Shown here in pieces: positions 40,370 through 48,727 of a stretch of 64,000 nucleotides of DNA. The position numbers and the translations under genes were made by a program. Below the pieces are notes generated by a model that worked only from the letters and a program-made list of their open reading frames with translations, was not told the origin of the DNA and searched no databases. The stretch is from the IMG/VR virus record IMGVR_UViG_3300002140_000103. One strand, written 5' to 3'. The stretch comes from an uncultured virus (IMG/VR IMGVR_UViG_3300002140_000103) (taxonomy: Duplodnaviria > Heunggongvirae > Uroviricota > Caudoviricetes). Every line of letters starts with the position of its first letter. Positions within the stretch are counted from its first letter, which is position 1.

Positions 40370-40713
40370 AAGTCAACAATACCTTCAACTGTTCTATTAG
40401 ATTTTAACTTGTTATATTCTGTCATATAACGATTAGCAGCTTTCCAGTATACACTTACTAATGTATCTGCAAATTTTTGTAAATCGTCAATCTCGATAGG
40501 AATATCATTATCATCAATTAAAATTGTACTAGTTTGTTCAAGTGCTAACAAACTCTGACAGAAACTTACCAATTGTTGTGTAACTGTAAACTGCCCGCCA
40601 TTATAATAATGAACAACATCGTTTTGATATTGTTCTCTTAAAATACGTTTTTGATTATTTAAAGTAATCATATAATTACTAAAATCTAACGCAGATACTA
40701 ATCGTTCGTCCAT
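40366..40713 (-). CDS. Hypothetical protein (first gene of the enzyme operon)
   Basis: 115 aa with an AGGAG SD; YNGGQF...LIDDNDIPI resembles small tail-associated phage proteins (weak). Confidence 0.65.
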   Translation of the reverse strand: MDERLVSALDFSNYMITLNNQKRILREQYQNDVVHYYNGGQFTVTQQLVSFCQSLLALEQTSTILIDDNDIPIEIDDLQKFADTLVSVYWKAANRYMTEYNKLKSNRTVEGIVDL

Positions 40714-40734
40714 AGAATTCTCCTATCAAATACT

Positions 40735-40763
40735 ATTGTATATTTTTTTTATCTATTTGTCAA
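40735..40763 (-). promoter_or_regulatory. Sigma70-type promoter heading the enzyme cluster
   Basis: TTGACA-N17-TACAAT, followed by an AGGAG SD. Confidence 0.8.
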
Positions 40764-40768
40764 GTAAT

Positions 40769-41791
40769 TTATGCAGGAGGAGTTACATTATCTGAAGTAA
40801 GTTGGACTACTGTTGCAATTGTAGGCGCTGAAATACTAACAGCTTGATAGGAAGTAGCAGCGTAAGTAAACGTACTATCTGGTCTAAATGTGTTAATCGA
40901 ACTGTTGGTTGAGCCGCCAACTGATTCATCTTGAGGATCTAGAGGGACGCCGGCTTGATCGCCTGTGTCGCCGTCATTAAAGCTAATTCTAAATCTTATA
41001 ACTGATCCGGTAACGTAACCTTCAATCGTATAATCATTATCGGCATACACTCCTGATCCTGTTTTTATATATAACTGTGCATAACTACCAGTGAGACCAT
41101 CATACCCTGTACCAGATCCGCTATCCGAAGTAATTCCATACTTGTCAAACTTAATAGTTCCCATGTTTGTTAACATAGTTGCCCAATCAGTATCTTTAGC
41201 ACCTGCTCCACTAGTAAGTGATGCTGCAAAACGGATTTCTCCGCCGGCGTTAAAATAGTAATTCATTTGATTGACACTGGCAAACGTTACTGTTACAACG
41301 TGGTATATCGACTTAGCAACATCTACAGAACCGCCCCAACTAGTAGTTCGCGGAGTACTTGATACAGCTGATCCTAATGTAAACGAACTGTCTGGCCAAC
41401 CTGATACTGATCCGTTGAAATTACTTATAGCAACAATTAACGTATCATAATCGTTATGTCCTTGATTACCGCCATCAGTAGGAGTAGCAGTTGCACCAGT
41501 TGTTTGATTAAAAGTTTGACTTACATCGGCACCAACAGTTTGTCCTGTTGGTGGTACTGCAACGCTAGTACTTGTTGCACCTTGCTGATGTATATATACA
41601 CTCTGCGCATCTAGGAATAACAAACGCATCTGATCTGAAGTAACTGAATTACTTACTCCAAAAGTGCTGCCGCCTGTAACTGCTACAGCTCTCATAGTTT
41701 GTCCGTACTCAGTTGAATATACTCCACTTAATGTAGTTCTAATATTGTTATAATTTGCGGCTGTAATAGAACCGCCGGTGACTACGGCCAT
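40769..41791 (-). CDS. Virion structural protein (tail/baseplate-associated)
   Basis: G/S/T-rich; shares YGQ, FNxGGEIR and WxxxLxxMGTIKF with 41846..42763; lies next to the tail fibres. Confidence 0.65.
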   Translation of the reverse strand: MAVVTGGSITAANYNNIRTTLSGVYSTEYGQTMRAVAVTGGSTFGVSNSVTSDQMRLLFLDAQSVYIHQQGATSTSVAVPPTGQTVGADVSQTFNQTTGATATPTDGGNQGHNDYDTLIVAISNFNGSVSGWPDSSFTLGSAVSSTPRTTSWGGSVDVAKSIYHVVTVTFASVNQMNYYFNAGGEIRFAASLTSGAGAKDTDWATMLTNMGTIKFDKYGITSDSGSGTGYDGLTGSYAQLYIKTGSGVYADNDYTIEGYVTGSVIRFRISFNDGDTGDQAGVPLDPQDESVGGSTNSSINTFRPDSTFTYAATSYQAVSISAPTIATVVQLTSDNVTPPA

Positions 41792-41813
41792 ACAAAATCT
41801 CCTATGTTACTAG

Positions 41814-41820
41814 TATTTAT
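41814..41820 (-). promoter_or_regulatory. Late-type ATAAATA motif
   Basis: Intergenic TAATAAATA followed by an AGGAG SD; resembles the T4 late promoter TATAAATA. Confidence 0.55.
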
Positions 41821-41845
41821 TAAAATATGTTCTATCAAAAAAATA

Positions 41846-42763
41846 TTATTCTAACGGTGTTGTAGTAAGATAGCTAGGAGTTGTAACATCTACATAACTG
41901 CCTGTTGCTCTTAACTGAGATACCGAACTAGTCAACGTACCGTTGATTGTTTCGTCAATAATGCCGGCGTCTCTATCTACAAATGTTACTTGGAATTCAA
42001 TTGTAGAACTATTAATTGTTCGTGCTTTAACAATATATTCTGCATTGATGCCTGCATATATCCCAGTAGATTGTTTGCTATATAATGTCTGAAATGTACC
42101 AGTTAAACTGTTGTTACCAATACTAGTTCCGGTTCCGGAACTAGCAGTAACTCCGTTATAAGTAAATTTAATTGTGCCCATCGAAGACAATAAATCTCTC
42201 CAATATGTACTCTTATCTCCAGAAGAACCTGCTAACGATGCAACTAATCTTATTTCGCCGCCGCTATTAAAAAAATGTCTTCTATGATTTGCACCAGTTG
42301 CACTGACTGTTGTACCATCAGTTTTGCCTACAGTATAGCCGCCTGCAAATATTACTTTAAATGTATGAGTTAATATATTTACAGGATCACCCCATGTACT
42401 CGACCTAGTACTTGATAGTTTATTTTCTGTTGACACTTGATTTGCAAGATAAACATCTTGTTTACTGTTATATAATGTTGTAGCAAGTGTTTCGTACGAT
42501 AACCATTCTGCATCTTCAACATCAGCGTTTGCTATTATTGTAGCTAATGATACAGAGTTTCCGGTCTGATGAACGTTTACTTTATTGATGTCTTCTTTTA
42601 AAAAATTTAAATGATTTGCAGAAACAGTATTAGTCAACGAAACTGGACTACTGCTTAATAGCTGTCCGTATCCAAACGTTAATTGTCCTTGTCCTAATAC
42701 TTCTGCAATTCGGTTTTGCATTAAGTTAAAACGTGATACTGATATTATTTCGCCTACGGCCAT
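41846..42763 (-). CDS. Virion structural protein (paralog of 40769..41791)
   Basis: GYGQ, RHFFNSGGEIR, WRDLLSSMGTIKF and DETINGTLTS. Confidence 0.65.
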   Translation of the reverse strand: MAVGEIISVSRFNLMQNRIAEVLGQGQLTFGYGQLLSSSPVSLTNTVSANHLNFLKEDINKVNVHQTGNSVSLATIIANADVEDAEWLSYETLATTLYNSKQDVYLANQVSTENKLSSTRSSTWGDPVNILTHTFKVIFAGGYTVGKTDGTTVSATGANHRRHFFNSGGEIRLVASLAGSSGDKSTYWRDLLSSMGTIKFTYNGVTASSGTGTSIGNNSLTGTFQTLYSKQSTGIYAGINAEYIVKARTINSSTIEFQVTFVDRDAGIIDETINGTLTSSVSQLRATGSYVDVTTPSYLTTTPLE

Positions 42764-42780
42764 TGTGTATTCCTAAAATA

Positions 42781-44235
42781 TTATACTTTTAAAACGCATT
42801 CGACTAATTTCTCATCTGCACTATCGTTTGATTCAAGTGCAATACCTACTAAAGCAGTTGTTGCTAGTGTTGTACATACGCCGTCTGCCATTGCATAAAC
42901 TGCTTGACCCTTTTTAACAGCACCTTTAACACGTACAGGAAGACGCCCCTTTAAACCAATGTACTGCCCAGTTGCTTCGCTGTTCATCATGTAAGCAGGA
43001 TCAGTTGAAACAACACCAATACAATGATTACTTGCATTTGCTGGTTCTACATCGTGATCTTCACAAGCGCATACTGCTACTGCAGTACCTGGTGCTAGTT
43101 CTTCTTTAGTTGAATATTTTTCTGCTAAGTCAGCATAACGTGCTTTTGTTGCAGTACCTTGGAACAGGTTGGCATATAAGTCACCGCTTGCATCTCTTGC
43201 TGCAATAGTATTTGCTGTAGCAGCAGTGCTGGCAGCTCTTCCTGTTGCGCCAACAGTAAGTAACCCTGCTTGTGTTGCTATACCGCTAAATGTGTCAGCA
43301 TACACAGTTTGCCATTTGGTACCAGCTTTACCTAAATCATACGCACTACCTGCATTTGGATGTATACCAGTAGCATCAAGATAATATATGATTGTGCCAG
43401 ATGAGTTCTTAACTCTTAATAAATTTCTCACCAGTTGAATCATTGGTGTTTCGTTGTCGGTATCAATTTTTACAATTAAGTCGGCACCTAGTCCTAACGT
43501 ATAACCAAGATCACTAAATACCACTGTTGATGTAAATGCACTCGAATCAGAAGTTACATAATTAGATGCTGCAATTCCGTTTAGTTTTATAGCATTGCTT
43601 GCTGTTCCCCAAAAACGATGTGCAGTACTTGTAATACCGTCTGTAGATGCAACAGTATTAACTAATGTAATACCCTTCCTAATTACATCAAATCCAGTAA
43701 CTGAAGTACCAGCAGAATTAGTAAATTCGTCTTTACTAATTATGTATACTACTTCATCGCCGATTACTGCTTCTTGTACATCGTGTGTTGTATTAAGAGT
43801 ATCAGTTAGTGTAGTTGATACCATTCTAGTTATTGTACTAGCAGAGCCACCTTGCGGGCCTACAAGAATCCATTCTGATGATGCATTTTTAACATAAAGT
43901 TGTCCAGTTGTACTGTTCCACCAAAGGTCACCTTCTACTAGTCCAGAAGGCGCTGATGTTGACACTTCAGTTGATCCAGTATTTTTAAATGAAGTTCCAT
44001 TATATACTTTAATTTTTTGTGTACTATTATCGTACCAAATCATTCCTGCAACTGGTTTTGAAGGCGCGGTAGATCCGGCAAAATGTTCTAATAAAAACAT
44101 AAAGTTTTCATTTTGTGCTTCACCATAACCGGCATAATTTTTACCGATAAACTTTACTTCTGTACTTTGATTTATAGTACCGTCTTGGACTGTTGCTTGT
44201 ACAGCGCCGTTGTATCTATTAATAGTATATGCCAT
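42781..44235 (-). CDS. Tail fibre with a C-terminal intramolecular chaperone/autoproteolytic-like domain
   Basis: Shared fibre N-domain; C-terminal YADLAEKY...IGVVSTDPAYMMN...KGRLPVRVKG. Confidence 0.78.
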   Translation of the reverse strand: MAYTINRYNGAVQATVQDGTINQSTEVKFIGKNYAGYGEAQNENFMFLLEHFAGSTAPSKPVAGMIWYDNSTQKIKVYNGTSFKNTGSTEVSTSAPSGLVEGDLWWNSTTGQLYVKNASSEWILVGPQGGSASTITRMVSTTLTDTLNTTHDVQEAVIGDEVVYIISKDEFTNSAGTSVTGFDVIRKGITLVNTVASTDGITSTAHRFWGTASNAIKLNGIAASNYVTSDSSAFTSTVVFSDLGYTLGLGADLIVKIDTDNETPMIQLVRNLLRVKNSSGTIIYYLDATGIHPNAGSAYDLGKAGTKWQTVYADTFSGIATQAGLLTVGATGRAASTAATANTIAARDASGDLYANLFQGTATKARYADLAEKYSTKEELAPGTAVAVCACEDHDVEPANASNHCIGVVSTDPAYMMNSEATGQYIGLKGRLPVRVKGAVKKGQAVYAMADGVCTTLATTALVGIALESNDSADEKLVECVLKV

Positions 44236-44263
44236 TTATGGACAACCCTTCTTTTAACATTAA

Positions 44264-44270
44264 TATTTAG
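44264..44270 (-). promoter_or_regulatory. Late-type CTAAATA motif
   Basis: Intergenic TAAATA core upstream of fibre gene 42781..44235. Confidence 0.4.
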
Positions 44271-44274
44271 CTAT

Positions 44275-46080
44275 TTAAACACTAGAAACTAATTCTTGAT
44301 CATATAGCCAAACATTTGCTCCATTTATAATAAATCTTTTTAGAGATCTTGTTGGTACAAAGGATACAGATTCACTTACATTACTAAAACTAACGTCTTG
44401 TATAACACTTTGATTTTCTGTACCATTTTTATCAACTGCAACAGTAGTTTTTGCAAGTCCATCGCCTGCATTATACAAAATTGTTCCGCTGTAACTTACG
44501 CAATGAACGTATGCATAAACACCAGTATTTCGTGCTGCTGCTGGATATAAATCTTCTAATACTAAAGCAACATCGCCGTTAGTTAATCCAGTAATATCTA
44601 AATACAAAGATACATCTTGATTTAACGTTGTTTCGTCTACATACTCTTTTGTTGCAACAGTGTTAGGATCGTCACTTACATCTGGTGTAGCAACTCCTAG
44701 TATTTTTCTAAATCCGCTGATTGTAATATCACCTGAGCTTGTAATAGTTAACGGATTGGTTGTTGTTATTGTTGTCCCATTTAAATTTATGTTATCAACG
44801 TCTAAACTTGTAAGTGTACCAATTGAAGTTAATCCAGAAGCAGTTGTTACTCCTGCTCCTAATGCAGTTGAACTTAATACAATAGCATTGTTAATCTTAT
44901 AACTATGCCCAACTGGTAAATCAAAGTTAGCAGAACTTGTCCAGTTACCAGTACCGCCTGTGTTTAACCATGTAATACTTTTGTCATCACCGGTTGCTCT
45001 AACAACTATACCAGCACCATTAACACCTACGTCATCTAAAAGTACACTATCAGAAGTAATTGCTAATTCAATTAGCTTGTCTTCAACACGCAATGTACTT
45101 ACATCAATACTGGTTGTGTCACCTTCAACAATAAAGTTTCCAGTAACTCTTAGGTCACCTGTAACATCTAAACTGTATTGAGGATTACTTTGCCAAATAC
45201 CAACTTTAGTTTCGCTGTTATCCACTGTTATAACATCAACCGGAAACAACCCTTGCTTTATTTGAATTTTCAAATCTGCTGCAGAGTTTTGTGTTTGCAT
45301 AAACACAGTATTGCCAGATACACTTACTTTAAAATCACTGTCGTCACCTACTACAAATCCAGTGTCGTTTTTTACATGCAGTGTTCCTGTAGTAGTATTA
45401 TTCGTTGAGGTCTTTAAAAAGTTATCAGGTGTATACGGATTACTGGCTCCATCTAATAACGAAAGTGCAGTTGAGGCAGTTCCGTAATATCTAAAATTAG
45501 CATAAGCAGTACTTATATTAATACCTGCATTAATAGTTGTACCAAAATTTGTAATTGTAGTCGCTGCTGTAAATTCTACTTTACTAATGATTGCAATTGC
45601 TGTGCCGCCGATCATTAGTCTAGCAACTGTTCTTTCATTACCACTTATATCAATTATAGTTTGTACATCAAATCCAGTAACACCTTGTCCGTATGTATAA
45701 ATTGGACCTGCTAGAATAGTTTGAGTGCCATCACTAAAACTAACTTGTTTATTTGTAGAATCAACCCATATGTCACCTGCTAACAATGCCGGTGCTGTTG
45801 CACTAACTATAGTAGTATCCGCAGAACGAAATACTAATCCGTTATATACTTTTAATCTACCTTCGCTAGAATCGTACCATAGTTGTCCTGTGATAGGATA
45901 TAATGGTTCGGATGTACTAGCAAAATTTTCTAATAATTTAACAAAGTTTTCGTTAAAATCTTCACCATATCCTGTATAGTTTTTTCCTACTAATGTTAAA
46001 TCGGTACTAGCTTGATCAATTCTTCCATCGATTAATTCGACTAACAACGTCCCGTCTGTTTTATTAATTGTATAGCTCAT
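44275..46080 (-). CDS. Tail fibre-like protein
   Basis: Shared N-domain (GKNY.GYGE...ENF..LLENFA...GQLWYD); LDVTGDLRVTGN beta-repeats; ATKEYVD motif. Confidence 0.75.
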   Translation of the reverse strand: MSYTINKTDGTLLVELIDGRIDQASTDLTLVGKNYTGYGEDFNENFVKLLENFASTSEPLYPITGQLWYDSSEGRLKVYNGLVFRSADTTIVSATAPALLAGDIWVDSTNKQVSFSDGTQTILAGPIYTYGQGVTGFDVQTIIDISGNERTVARLMIGGTAIAIISKVEFTAATTITNFGTTINAGINISTAYANFRYYGTASTALSLLDGASNPYTPDNFLKTSTNNTTTGTLHVKNDTGFVVGDDSDFKVSVSGNTVFMQTQNSAADLKIQIKQGLFPVDVITVDNSETKVGIWQSNPQYSLDVTGDLRVTGNFIVEGDTTSIDVSTLRVEDKLIELAITSDSVLLDDVGVNGAGIVVRATGDDKSITWLNTGGTGNWTSSANFDLPVGHSYKINNAIVLSSTALGAGVTTASGLTSIGTLTSLDVDNINLNGTTITTTNPLTITSSGDITISGFRKILGVATPDVSDDPNTVATKEYVDETTLNQDVSLYLDITGLTNGDVALVLEDLYPAAARNTGVYAYVHCVSYSGTILYNAGDGLAKTTVAVDKNGTENQSVIQDVSFSNVSESVSFVPTRSLKRFIINGANVWLYDQELVSSV

Positions 46081-48086
46081 TAAAAGACTCCATGAAAGAT
46101 GATATAATTGACAGTTGTAAACGGTGGCACGGTAGTAAATTCATCTTGAGAACTGAATCCTTCGATGCTACCTGTTCTTATAATACCAGTGCCTGGATCT
46201 CCGCCAACTGCATTTGTAGTAGTAGTAGCAGAATCAGTCACCGAAGTTAATCCTGATGTTGCAAGGAACGGAGTTCCGGCATCGCCTTCTAAAGTATGAT
46301 AGTGGTCTGGTAGTTGATCAGGTGTAATTAATGCACTCTCATCGCCGCCTACGTTACCAATAGTGTTAACACCTACATCGTTTAAAACGCGAGTTCCAGC
46401 TGACGCTGCGCCAATCCAACCTAATGGAAATCTTCCTCGCATATCAGGAGCTTTAAATAATAATGACGGTGACGATGACGTACCAAACGAAGCACCTATG
46501 ACAGTATATAATGCATTATATGTTGCTATAGTATATTCTGCTCCATCACATAAGAACCAACCTGCCGGTGCAGTTGTTCCGCCCCACATAGATATCATTC
46601 CTACTGGCGTTACAGGACCTACTGCAGAGTTTGGTATTTTACTAACTAGATTAGTTTGTGTAATTCTTTTAAGTGTGCCGGCATTATTAATTAATACTTC
46701 GTCAGTTGTTAGAACTGTTGTAGCTAATGTCTTTCCAGTAAAGAAGCTATCGTTTAATGATGTAGTAAAAGTTTTTGTAGTTCCACCAGTCTGTCCATCA
46801 AATGTGAAGCTACTAGCACTTACATCGCCAGTTAATGCAAATGTAGTCGGACTCGAAAGTTTTCCTGCAGTAGCAGCAGCACCTGTTATACTCCCTGCTA
46901 ATGACCCAACAAATGATCCGTAAAAGTTGTTTGCATAGACATTGTTAAATTTAAGTAAGTTAGTTCCTATACTTGTAGTTTGAGTTGTTTCTGGTAAAAT
47001 ATTACCAGACACCGTAGTTGTTCCAGTTATATCAATTGCACCGCCAACTACAATATCTTGAGCAACGCCAATGCCGCCTTTAACAACTAATGATCCAGTG
47101 CCAATGCTAGAGCTATTAGTAGAGCTATTAGCTGTGATAGTGCCAGATGCATATATATTTCCAACAACGTCAAGTGCTAGCCCAAGTTCTGTTAAAGGCG
47201 AGCCTATTGCTACTTTAGTGTCATTAAATATTCTTAATGCAGTAGTTGCAGTTCCACTATTGTTTACTTTAAAGTCAATGTTGCCATCGCTGGTTGTATT
47301 TCTAATTTCTGCAGTACTTCCGGAAACAGACAGCGATAGAGTTGAATTTTCGCCAATTGAAACTCCACTATTAGTTGATACTTTTAACAGTTGAGTTAAT
47401 ACGTTTGCTGCGTCTAATCTAGCAAAAGCTGCTCCGTTATAGGCAGTACCTGATACTAGTAATTGTTCAGATTTTTGAGATGTACCGTAGTACTTATAAC
47501 TGCTACTAACGTTAACACCTGCACTAATTGTAGCAAAGCCACTTATAGCAGCTTTTGGCGTAAAGCTAGTTGAACTTATAATTGATACTGGAGTACCGTC
47601 TGAATAATTTATAATTATAGGAATGTTTACGTTTTCTGTACTTGCTATAGTTTCAAATTGCGCTCCTGTAGTATTGCCTTCTGAGTATTCTGGTCCTACT
47701 AAAACCCAGCCACTTCCGCTGTATAGATATAATTGTTGAGAACTTGTATTAACCCATAGGTCGCCTACAACACTTAATGATGCATCTGGCGCCGATGTTG
47801 CTTTTTTTAATCCACCTGCACTTATCCATTGTGCTCCTGTGTATATTTTAAGTTGATCAACACCGTCGGTGTTATCATACCATAGTTGACCTTCTACTGG
47901 ATTAGTTGGGCTATTATTATTAGCAAAATTTTCCAATAGATGCAAAAAGTTTTCTAAAACCACAGTTCCGTAATCAGTAAAATTACGTCCAGGTAGTCCT
48001 AGACTAGTCTCTACATTTAGAGTAGTATCTTCTACTGTAATAGATCCTTTATTAACACTGTCGGTAAAATTTACTGTATATGCCAT
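46080..48086 (-). CDS. Tail fibre with a phage tail collar domain
   Basis: PVGMISMWGGTTAPAGWFLCDG...LYTVIG...PDMRGRF; C-terminal PPFTTVNYII. Confidence 0.88.
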   Translation of the reverse strand: MAYTVNFTDSVNKGSITVEDTTLNVETSLGLPGRNFTDYGTVVLENFLHLLENFANNNSPTNPVEGQLWYDNTDGVDQLKIYTGAQWISAGGLKKATSAPDASLSVVGDLWVNTSSQQLYLYSGSGWVLVGPEYSEGNTTGAQFETIASTENVNIPIIINYSDGTPVSIISSTSFTPKAAISGFATISAGVNVSSSYKYYGTSQKSEQLLVSGTAYNGAAFARLDAANVLTQLLKVSTNSGVSIGENSTLSLSVSGSTAEIRNTTSDGNIDFKVNNSGTATTALRIFNDTKVAIGSPLTELGLALDVVGNIYASGTITANSSTNSSSIGTGSLVVKGGIGVAQDIVVGGAIDITGTTTVSGNILPETTQTTSIGTNLLKFNNVYANNFYGSFVGSLAGSITGAAATAGKLSSPTTFALTGDVSASSFTFDGQTGGTTKTFTTSLNDSFFTGKTLATTVLTTDEVLINNAGTLKRITQTNLVSKIPNSAVGPVTPVGMISMWGGTTAPAGWFLCDGAEYTIATYNALYTVIGASFGTSSSPSLLFKAPDMRGRFPLGWIGAASAGTRVLNDVGVNTIGNVGGDESALITPDQLPDHYHTLEGDAGTPFLATSGLTSVTDSATTTTNAVGGDPGTGIIRTGSIEGFSSQDEFTTVPPFTTVNYIIFHGVF

Positions 48087-48090
48087 TTAA

Positions 48091-48702
48091 TTATACTCCA
48101 TTTAGTCCGCTAAGACTTTGTATTCTTACAGTATAATCAATTTGAATTAATCTATTCAAACTCTTTTGTACTGGGTGGAAAATAACATGAGTGATCAATC
48201 TGCCATCGCCGGATGCATTATAACTTCTTAAACCTAGTTCATCAAATACAAACTCCGAGTCTGTATTAGCCGAAGTATCAAACGCTTGTTGGCCGTTTGG
48301 TTCGCTATAATCTAGTAAACAACTTACTACAATGTCGGTATAATTTGTACCAGGTACGTGTCTTATTTCCGTTTTATTTCTATACGGATCTGTGTTGTTT
48401 ACACTTCTATCATCAACAATCTTTGCATATGTTTGGTTATAAAGACTACTGTTTGTTCCAGTAGTATTTGGAGTTAAGTACGTAATTATACCAGTAGGAT
48501 CGACACTAGTACCTCCGTTGCCAAACGACATCTGATATATGAACCCTTGACCTGCGTTGCTTAAACTCTCAGCTAGGGCCACACTCATATTTTCGTAATG
48601 AATTGCATTACGTTTGTTAATGAATATCTGTTTGCTCAAAGGGTCATATATTTTAATATGCCCTTCAATATGTATTCCGTTGTAATCTTTAAAGTCTGTC
48701 AT
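48091..48702 (-). CDS. Probable baseplate/tail structural protein
   Basis: GHIKI, MSFGNGG, FDELGL, THVIFHPVQKSLNRLIQIDYTVR; lies between the giant protein and the fibres. Confidence 0.6.
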   Translation of the reverse strand: MTDFKDYNGIHIEGHIKIYDPLSKQIFINKRNAIHYENMSVALAESLSNAGQGFIYQMSFGNGGTSVDPTGIITYLTPNTTGTNSSLYNQTYAKIVDDRSVNNTDPYRNKTEIRHVPGTNYTDIVVSCLLDYSEPNGQQAFDTSANTDSEFVFDELGLRSYNASGDGRLITHVIFHPVQKSLNRLIQIDYTVRIQSLSGLNGV

Positions 48703-48720
48703 GTTTTATACCTTATACTG

Positions 48721-48727
48721 TATTTAT
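48721..48727 (-). promoter_or_regulatory. Late-type ATAAATA motif
   Basis: TAAATAAATA overlapping the giant gene's stop, upstream of the ATG at 48702. Confidence 0.45.

Noticed and set aside
1..40713. RiPP cluster interpretation for the radical SAM/twitch enzymes
   Set aside because: No convincing precursor peptide, RRE domain, peptidase or transporter seen; the 35-aa mini-ORF is a methyltransferase relic. Direct modification of virion proteins remains possible.
1..40713. DNA hypermodification cluster interpretation
   Set aside because: No thymidylate synthase homolog, nucleotide kinase, DNA methylase, deazaguanine genes or polymerase in the window, and the linkage is to tail genes. Not favoured, but not excluded.
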